From the NCBI RefSeq assembly GCF_006345805.1, contig NC_042997.1, forward strand, positions 10,230,001 to 10,294,000: a stretch of 64,000 bases of DNA, in the 5' to 3' direction. The notes beneath the pieces are model-generated. The model saw only the letters and a list, made by a program, of their open reading frames with translations. It searched no databases and was not told where the DNA came from. The first letter of the stretch is position 1; the number at the start of each line of letters is the position of its first letter. The translations under genes were made by a program, and so were the position numbers. Shown piece by piece: positions 55,296 to 64,000 of this stretch. The DNA is from Octopus sinensis (Eukaryota).

Positions 55296-55540
55296 GCACG
55301 TGGCTCAGTGGTTAGAGTGTCAGCATCATGATCTTAAGATTGTGGTTTCAATTCCTGGACCGGGTGACGCGTTGTGTTCTTCAGCAAAACGCTTCATTTA
55401 GCGTTGCTCCAGTCCACTCAGCTGGCAAAAATAAGTAACGCTGCGATGGACTGGTGTTCCATCCAACTGGGGAACACATACGCCATTGAAACCGTGAAAC
55501 CGGGCCATGAGTCTGGCTAGGCTTTAAAAAGGGCGCATTT
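55292..55540 (+). mobile_element. CORE-type SINE with another tail (family F)
   Basis: TGGCTCAGTGG A box, GTTTCAATTCC B box, CORE GTTGCTCCAGTCCACTCAGCTGG, and a unique 3' half. Confidence 0.8.
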
Positions 55541-55542
55541 AT

Positions 55543-55631
<89 letters not shown>

Positions 55632-55731
55632 ATATATATGGTAAATCCCCACAAAAAAGAACAAACACAAAAACAATAACGCGTGGTACGTGTAAAGTAT
55701 TAGCAGATGCTCAGGGAAGGAAAGAAAGATG

Positions 55732-55766
55732 GTTTAAAGTTTCGAGCAACGCTTTTCTTCAGAAAC
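55732..55766 (-). ncRNA. Minimal hammerhead-like motif
   Basis: GTTT-CTGAAGA-A-AAGC GTT GCTC-GAAAC-TTT-AAAC. Stem II and the cleavage triplet are mutated. Confidence 0.55.
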
Positions 55767-56736
55767 AGAGGAAAGTCCAATAGAAAGGAAGACGGAGGAA
55801 GAAAATCACCAACGACTCACATGTGGTTACATTTTGAAAATGGGTGTGTGGAGGGTGAAGGGGAGAGGAGTGGTGGTTGTGGGAGTGGGAGGGGTAGGGA
55901 AGCTGAAGGGAAGGATGTCGGGGATGTGGTGAAGGGTTGAGGAGGCGGTGAAGTTTTTAGTTATTTTGTGTGTGAGGGAATTGTAGAGAATGGATTAGAT
56001 GAAGGGTAGAGGGCAGAGGGGAGAAAGGAGGAGGTAAGCTTGGAGGAGTTGGTGGTCGAGGTAGTGAAGGAGGGAGCCGGTAGAACGGATAGTGATAAGG
56101 ATGAGGATGCGGGGAGTGCGGGAGAAGGTGGGCTCGATGGAGGGAGAGGAATAGGGTGTAGCGTGAAACTTCAAGTGGAAGTGTGATGTGATGACGGACG
56201 CAACGGCTAAGGAAAGAGAGATGGCGAGAGTGGCGAGTTTTTTAAAAAGCAAATGATAGTTTTTTAGCGGGTTGCAGGCATTGAGGAGGAAAGTTGAAAA
56301 GAAATCGGGATAGAAGGGAGTGGATGTACTGGAGGAAGGAATGGAGATCAGGCACGATGAGAGGTTGTGAATGTCGATGTAGGTGTCATTGGTGGCGACA
56401 AAAAGGAAAAGAGAATGAGAAAAGGAGAGTGAAAGTAGGACAGAAAATAGGTTGAGGGAAGACAAGTTAAAGAGGAAGAGTCACGGGCAAATTATAATGA
56501 TTCACAATCAAGGTGCAGAAATGGCGTATTCCGAAAGAACAAGGTAATGTAATCCGATGGTAGAAAGAATTCCGCGAATTAGGTACTCCAAAGTCAGTCA
56601 GAAGGCCGGCGCCCGTGGAAGCGTGCGGTATATAGTAAATTCCCCAAAAGAAGAGCAACAAACACAAAAAAGCAACAACGCTAGGACGTGGTACATATAA
56701 AGTATTAGAAGATGCTCAGGGAGGGAAAGAAAAATG

Positions 56737-56771
56737 GTTTAACATTTCGAGCAATGCTCTTCTTCAGAAAC
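56737..56771 (-). ncRNA. Minimal hammerhead-like motif
   Basis: GTTT-CTGAAGA-A-GAGC ATT GCTC-GAAAT-GTT-AAAC. Canonical CUGANGA/GAAA core and intact stems I and II. Confidence 0.65.
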
Positions 56772-58465
56772 AGAGGAAAGTCCAATAGCATGGAAGATGG
56801 AGGAAGAACATCGCCAACTATTCACACGTGGTTACATTTATTTATGTTAGATGTATATATATTTATGCAATTGCACCTTGCACACACACACATATATAAT
56901 GAAAATACGTGGCACAATATGAGGACAATGAAAGTTACGAGAAAAAACTAGAAAATAAACATACAGTGAACGCAGACACGCTCATTTCTTCCTCAGTTGT
57001 TGACAAAATATCGTCATAATATAGACACTTAACACACACACACTCACTCAATCACTCGCATGTTAGGTACATTATGCTTGAAAGGGACGGGAAGTCCATG
57101 CGAAGACCATGTCAATAAAAGCGCACTAACATAGCTTGATTCCAGTTTTACATAATAAATGCAATTATGTCACGTCGCTGAGATTAGATTATCCAAAATA
57201 ACAATTCATAAATTTCACCTTGAGCTTAAACTGCAAAGGGAGATTAAACGGCAAAAAAAAAAACATTTAACAGTATTAATATTAAAGTAATGCTCCCGTG
57301 CATAGGCAATATGAAGAACCGCTATCACACCCCGATATCCCAGGCCTAATACCAAAGGAGACTGACTGACAAGAATGATTTGACCACCAACACTATGATC
57401 ATTTAATAACAGAGGATTGAATTCAAATTCAGCCTTTCTTCTTTTCGTAACCACTAGTGTTGTTGGTGCTATCGACAATCCGCGCTCCTCAAAATTGCTG
57501 GCTCTGTGCCTAAATTAGAAACAATAAACTAAAAGAGATGTGTTTTCGCCTGTTTACCTATTTTATCGCTACTCCAGCACCACTTGTACTTCCGAACTTT
57601 TTAGCTGTATCCCTCTCCTGAAACTGACTAACTGACTAACTTATAAAAGCAATTCTGATATGTAAATAGAATTCCATCACATGACATACTTTATTACTCA
57701 CTGAGAAGTATTGGGAGGTAGATAAAATTTCTGACCGTCTATCGTAAATCTAAAGTAGAAATTGATTTACATTTTAATCCGATGTGATTAGGTCAGAGTG
57801 TCATAGGTATTATTTAGTAGCCACTAAAGTTTTTATTATTTTGTTATATATTAACATTTGTCAAACCTTAATCTATAAGGTTAATAGATTTGAGATTGAA
57901 AAGAGAAAGTTACATTCTGTTTTGTCTTGCACTGAAATAAAAGGCCAACTCATTCTGGTCAGGGAAAATAATATAAGAACGCCAACATTTATCAGTTCAA
58001 CGGTATATGTTGTTGCTAAAATTAAGATTGCAATACGTGACTTTCAAAGTAAGAAGGTGTTAGGAGATTTAAAAAAAAAAAAACGAGAACAGAATTTTAA
58101 AAGCAACGATAAACTAAGAGTACATCTTGACCAAACATTTCGTGACAAAACAGAGTGAAAATAATTTCATTTTATCGAGGTGAATCACGATGAAAACATC
58201 AGTTAATTGTCACCTTTATAGTTTTAAGCACGAGAATTCAAAGAAATAAAGTCTAGAATAAAGAATTTTTGTAATTTTCCCGAACGAAATAGTGGTACAA
58301 AAGAAGTGAAGATTTTTGACACGTTTACCGGTTCATTTTCTAAGGTTGATCAGAACTAACAAACTACTATAGCTTCTGTCAAACATTTTACGAATGTCGA
58401 ACTATGCGGAGAGAAACAAAATTATGTTCATCATTTAAACAACTTTGAGGAACTAGGATCTTCAG

Positions 58466-60066
58466 TAGGGTGGAGCGAAGTCGGTACTCCTTACACATAT
58501 TTTTCGAAATATGTCTTCAAGAATACATTTTTATTGTGAAATTCTTTAAAAACATCTGTGTTAAAATCTGAAGTTCTCAAATTCACACCTTCAGGATCCG
58601 CAAACCCACTTAAAATTTTATATAATTAGTGAAAAATCAATTTATAACACATTTGCCATTCCACAGTTTATTTTGCACGTTCATTATTACGAATAAATTT
58701 TCGTTTGTAACATTTGTTAAAAACAAAAGTGGTTAAATTTCAAGCTCTAATATTTATATCTATAGGCTCCTCAATGCACCAAAAATTTCTAAATTATGTG
58801 AAATAAATAGACATTTTGACCTTGTTTTCTTTATTATTTTTAATACTAGGTCACCGAATACATGTGTTACATGAATATATGATTTACAGGAACTCTAGAT
58901 TACACACACATTAAAATAAATTAAATAAATTGTCAAGACTGTAGCAGAAAAGATAACTCTTCTTTGGTAAAAGTATCCATCCGTTGTGTTACGATTGAGT
59001 CAGTTAAACCGAAAATCTTAAACTTTGCTTTGCTGACGTAGAAGGGTGACTGTGATCTGGCAGATTCTTTCTAATCAAATTCTGAATGTTCTGTTTAGAT
59101 ACTGTTTGATCTATTTCGCCAACGATTAATTTTTTGATTTGTCCGTTGACCTTGTGAAAAATCTTGTTCTCTCCGTGGTACATTTTTGTCTCTACTGCAA
59201 CTGTAGTTTTTAGAGGAATTGCACTTGCAACAGGAAATGGCAAATAAATCTTTTGCTATATTAATTTCAAACACATCACACTTTGTTTGAAAAGATGGCA
59301 CATTTTTCTTTTTTTTTTCCACAGATTCTAGTAATGCTTAGTGCTTTAGATAAAAGTTTAAGATTTTCGTTCTAACAGACTCAATCACAACACAATGGAT
59401 GAATGCCTTTTGCCAAAGAAGAATTATCTTTCTTGCTGCAATCTGGACAATTTGTTTGATTAAAGGATCTTTCTTGGCTACATTCTTTTCCTAGTTCAAA
59501 TAAAACACATTCTAGTACGTCCTTGTAAGTTGGCAAAATTCGCTCCCTAAGATCACGTGGAATACCAAATATTGGGCATTCATAACGCGTTATTGGCCTA
59601 TAAATCATCACTAAATGTAAACAACACTAAATTCAACAGGATTATTAATTTTAATACAATGGCCTAAAGACAAAGTACAAAGCAGAAAACTTCAAACACG
59701 TACGACGTACGTCCACACGCAACACTGCTGCAGCAGCACAGGAGAGAGGTTCACACTCCTGTTCTCAATGCAGAACTTCAAGATACTAGTTAATTGTATT
59801 AACACTTGGTATGCAACCTCTTAAGAATACTGCATTTACTGTTTTACATTTTGTTATGTAGAAATATGTATTTGTTACGACCTATAATCCATGAAATCCC
59901 AAATTCGACAAAGAATAGCGATTTTTTAAATTTTCAATTCTGCTGCGGAGCCTAAAAAATATTTAATCGCGCACTTCTTTATACACCTTTCTTTTAACCC
60001 TAATTCGTAACAAAATATCGATTCTTGGTTACCAATTTCGAAAGTTTCATTTTTCGCTCCACCCTA
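58466..60066 (-). mobile_element. Internally deleted hATm-like DNA transposon with TIRs and 8-bp TSD
   Basis: TIRs TAGGGTGGAGCGAA and TTCGCTCCACCCTA. TSD ATCTTCAG at 58458-58465 and 60067-60074. Minus-strand remnants TRYECPIFGIP..LPTYKDV and DLFAISCCKC..EQDF..QRT match a transposase N-terminus. Confidence 0.92.
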
Positions 60067-60214
60067 ATCTTCAGTCCATTCTCTTTGATGTCTGCTTATT
60101 CGATTTAATCGGCTACATACATTACTAGATCTTTCTTTTTTCCAACTATAGTAAGATTTGAATTAAGAAAAACAAGATAATATTGGTTTCGAACAAAGGC
60201 ACAAGACCTTAAAT

Positions 60215-60745
60215 TTAAGAGAGAGATGCAGTCGATTAGATATAGTTCAGCACTCAACTTGCGCTTATCTTATAAACCCCGGTAAGATGGAAGTTAATAT
60301 CGACCTCTGCGACGTTTAAACGAACTTATAACAGAAATACACATAACTAACCACAGTAACTAACATAATGCTTAAAATCAACGTATGTTGGGATATGTCT
60401 CGAACCTGGCTTCGATTTTAATTACATCACCTTCTTTAGGCAGCACACTCATTTGTTCCCTCTTCAAAGGTGAATCTTTAAGCTCAAATAAGGAAATAAT
60501 TATATATATAGCGATGTAGTAAGTTAACTATCACCAGGAAACTGAAAAACTGAAATCGTGGCAGAGTTTCATCCGTTAAAACTAGTTAACTTACACCTCT
60601 AATAATACTTTTACATAATATGCACAAGACTTGAATTTTTTCAGGAAGGAGTAAATTGATTACATCAACACCAGTACTCAACTGGTACTTATTTTAATCA
60701 AACCCTAAAGGATGAAAGGAAGAGTCGACCTCAGAGGAATGCTAC
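60215..60745 (-). mobile_element. Two degraded D-type SINE fragments (60215-60330, 60620-60745)
   Basis: CCAGTACTCAACTGGTACTTATTTT..AAAGGATGAAAGG..GTCGACCTC is the reverse complement of the D central domain. Confidence 0.65.
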
Positions 60746-61946
60746 ATCTTTAATAGTGTTAATAATAGTATAGCATACACATCAGCCAGTCAATAGGAAG
60801 CGCTTACAGGGTTAGTGAATCTGCTAAAAGTTGCAGTCACATCTCCCTCAAACTACATGATACTGATATAAATAATAAAAAAACATGTTAGATAACATTC
60901 CGTATGCCCTCAAGAAGGCGAGAAGGCCACACGTGCCAAGTCTTTGATCGTATATCTACTCGACCAAGACTGTACTGTCGTTATACAACATGAACAGCAA
61001 ACTTCTATTTACACACTTTCCTTAAAATATAGTACCTTTGTACTTAATCGAAAAGAAACTAATATTAATGTGTAATGCTGTGCATTATAGAATAGAGATT
61101 AGCTCATGTACAGCTTGTGTCTGCTGCAGATAACTTCCACTGGTAATACCATTAGAAAAGGCTTTGAATGTCGCAACATCCCATAAACTTTGTGAGATTT
61201 CTGCCAATTCAAACAAAAATCAATATTAATACATAATTCAAGCAACTTTCTGGCAAGTTCGACACCTCCTTTCATTTGATCATATAGATATTATGAACGC
61301 CTATTTAAATATAGACAGTATGTCGATATACGATATTATTTTGTCAAGTACTCTCGAGAGTCAGCTGGAACCTAAAAATCGTTTAGACATATACATTGAA
61401 ATTCTCTAACGTGCAAAAAAAATTTTATCATCTGTATATGCTAAGTAGTATGCCTCTGCTATTCTAACCCTTCTTAACCGATTGACGATTGTATGAATTA
61501 TAGTGTATAAAATTTCTCCTCACTTGATTGGAATCATACATCTTGTCAAGCAGGTCAAAACTAAAAACTGTTTATACGTATTTTTACTTTATTCTAAAAT
61601 AATATTACTAAATAAATTCTTGACATCAGCACCATTAATAAAAGAAACAGATGTGCTTAAATGCTCACGGAAGAATACGTTTTGTTTTCTAGTTGGAAAT
61701 GACTGAATCGCTCGATCAGTCTAACAGTTAAATCATAGAATATAGACAGTTAATATCCCAGAGTTGAAAACAGGAAATTGATTTCATTTATTTCAATTGG
61801 TACTCGAGAAAAAAAAACTTTCTGCTTCATTGAATTGTCTAATTCTATTCAGATAGGGAAAGTTGAAACACTTCAAAAAGTATCGGACTACACTTCATGG
61901 CTTCTCTTAATTGAAATTCAGCTAATCAACCCGAATCTTCCGAAAT

Positions 61947-61947
<1 letters not shown>

Positions 61948-62023
<76 letters not shown>

Positions 62024-62190
62024 GTGTGTGTGTGTCTGTGTCTGTGTGTTTGTGTGTGTGTTTGTGTGTGCGTGAGTGTGTGTGTCTGTGTTTGTGTGTG
62101 GGTGTGGGTGGGTGTGCGGGTGTATGTTTGGGTATGTGTGAGTGTATGCGCGTGTCTGTGTATGTGTGTGTGTGTGTGTGCATATGTGTG
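61948..62190. repeat. (GT)n microsatellite grading into a degenerate tract
   Basis: Direct reading. One of dozens of such tracts. Confidence 0.95.
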
Positions 62191-63137
62191 CGTACTTTCT
62201 TAAATATAAACATGAAAAATAAATGAATAACTAAATGAATAGCAATCTTCAAATTGATATTTCAATAAATATTACACAAACTATTTGGCAAGTACTCTCT
62301 ATAATTCTTTTATGAATGTAATATTAGTATTGATTTACAGTTTTCTGCTATCAGTTTCTCATAGCCTACATTATACAGCTCCAATACAGAGGGATGAAAA
62401 AAAAAACTAACCAGCTTTTATTTATCAACTATTCATAGTTCTATTATGACAGCATTTTCACTTGAATCTATGAAATTAATTCAATGAAGCTGATTTTGCA
62501 CTTCTTCAGTTACTATAGCAGAAAAAGATTTAATTCTTGATGATTCCTTTTGTTGGTTTGACAAATTGACTCGGTTATATTACAGTCTGTGAAGATCTTT
62601 TTTTACGTGAATCATAATTTATTTTTATTTCTATTTTCATTTTTATTTTCTCGTGTTTAATTGTTATTGAAAGAATTCTAAACAAATGAAAACAAATACT
62701 CTTCACACACAGAGACGACAAGAAGGTGAGCCATCACACTGAATAGGTCGCAGTATCAGAATTACGGAAAACTTCGTCTTCACAAACTGCAGCATAGTCG
62801 CTCAATCTGCTAGAAATAACAGCCAAATTCCCGTCAAGTTACCGTTTATGAAAAGAAATAAAAAAACAAAACGAAGGCTACATTAGATAATGCTGTCCGA
62901 GGATATACTGACCAAAAAAAGATGGAATTATTACGACTGGAATGATTTTCATTATAGGTTCTTTCGATTACTATTGACTTGAAGTTGAACAGCAGTACAA
63001 ATAACAATGTAATGTTTCTATAGTAAATCACTCTGGTGGAGACTACTCCGTTTTCAGAAAATTCTCATGGAAGGAGGTCGACTGAGTAATTCTAGCTTAT
63101 AAAATGTGGACATTAATTCAAGTGCTCCCATTCTTAC

Positions 63138-63259
63138 GGATAACAGTCGTTGGACCCAGTGATCTTTACTGTTATATGGATTATGTCACTTGAGAGATAA
63201 ATGTTTTGCTCACACAGCCAGCAAAGTGCGTTTGACTGTCGACCTTTTGACATATTATC
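63138..63259 (-). other. Weak candidate exon
   Basis: Acceptor GTATGTTTCTGTCTATTGCAG and donor CC|GTAAGA. 122 nt with one open frame, [40 protein letters not shown]. No homology recognised. Confidence 0.25.
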
Positions 63260-63384
63260 CTGCAATAGACAGAAACATACACATACACACCATAGATGGA
63301 CGTACAAATGCACATATATATGTGTGTGTAAGGGAGGGTACACGTTAATATGTATGTGGGATATGTGTATAGGATTCATATATG

Positions 63385-63488
<104 letters not shown>

Positions 63489-63559
63489 CATATATATATA
63501 ACTTCAATATATATATTCAATATATATATATACATATATATATATATATCTATATATAT

Positions 63560-63594
<35 letters not shown>

Positions 63595-63599
63595 CTTCA

Positions 63600-63630
<31 letters not shown>

Positions 63631-64000
63631 TATTACACATATATGAAATATATATATATTATATATATATGTAAAAAGACATACAAAAATACATATATAT
63701 ATATGTATGTATGTATTTTTTATGTATGTATGTATGTATGTATGTATGTATGTATGTATGTATGTATGTATGTCCGTGCACTTCTGCGTGTACATGTTAT
63801 CTTTCATAGTCATTATAAATCTTCCTCAAAAGAAATTGCTGCTTCCTAATGAAGAAATATAGCTCTACCGCTCGAATTTAGAGCAGAAAAATAGTGAAGA
63901 ATTATATGCTGAATTTTAGAAACGCCACACTTTAGCCAAAGAATGCGATTCCGCGTGATAGGTGTTCGCTTTTGCTCTGTTTTGTTTTGGTTTTGGTGAG

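Larger units (their letters stand above)
55640..56837 (-). mobile_element. Internally deleted Penelope-like element with two direct pseudo-LTRs
   Basis: Direct repeats at 55640-55832 and 56634-56837 flank a C-rich body encoding a degraded N-terminal ORF (..HFHLKFHATPYSSP..). No RT is present. Confidence 0.75.

Noticed and set aside
57787-58158. 124-aa ORF in unique DNA
   Set aside because: Non-ATG start, no recognisable domain, and AT-rich composition consistent with a random ORF.

Overview
AT-rich, microsatellite-dense eukaryotic DNA. The SINE repertoire matches what I recognise as Octopus repeats, so the taxon call rests on pattern recognition only. I cannot confidently identify any host protein-coding gene, tRNA, rRNA or CRISPR array. 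Nearly all long ORFs are translated microsatellites, and the window reads as intergenic or a large intron. It is a dense transposable element landscape. SINEs: at least seven tRNA-derived types (my labels A, B, B', C, D, F, H) built from shared modules, several with clear TSDs. Non-LTR retroelements: R4/Dong-like (with a twin-priming-type 5' inversion), CRE-like, RTE and CR1 fragments. Penelope-like elements: one RT plus GIY-YIG remnant and five pseudo-LTR copies carrying minimal hammerhead ribozyme motifs. DNA transposons: an hATm-like element with TIRs and an 8-bp TSD, a second hAT-like transposase pseudogene, a mariner, a DD37D (maT-type) element, two adjacent TA-flanked MITEs and a foldback-like element. 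The most interesting signals are the hammerhead motifs (including a shared non-canonical U6 core), the twin-primed R4/Dong insertion nested in a foldback element, long hairpins, and SINE-internal microsatellites acting as landing pads for other elements.
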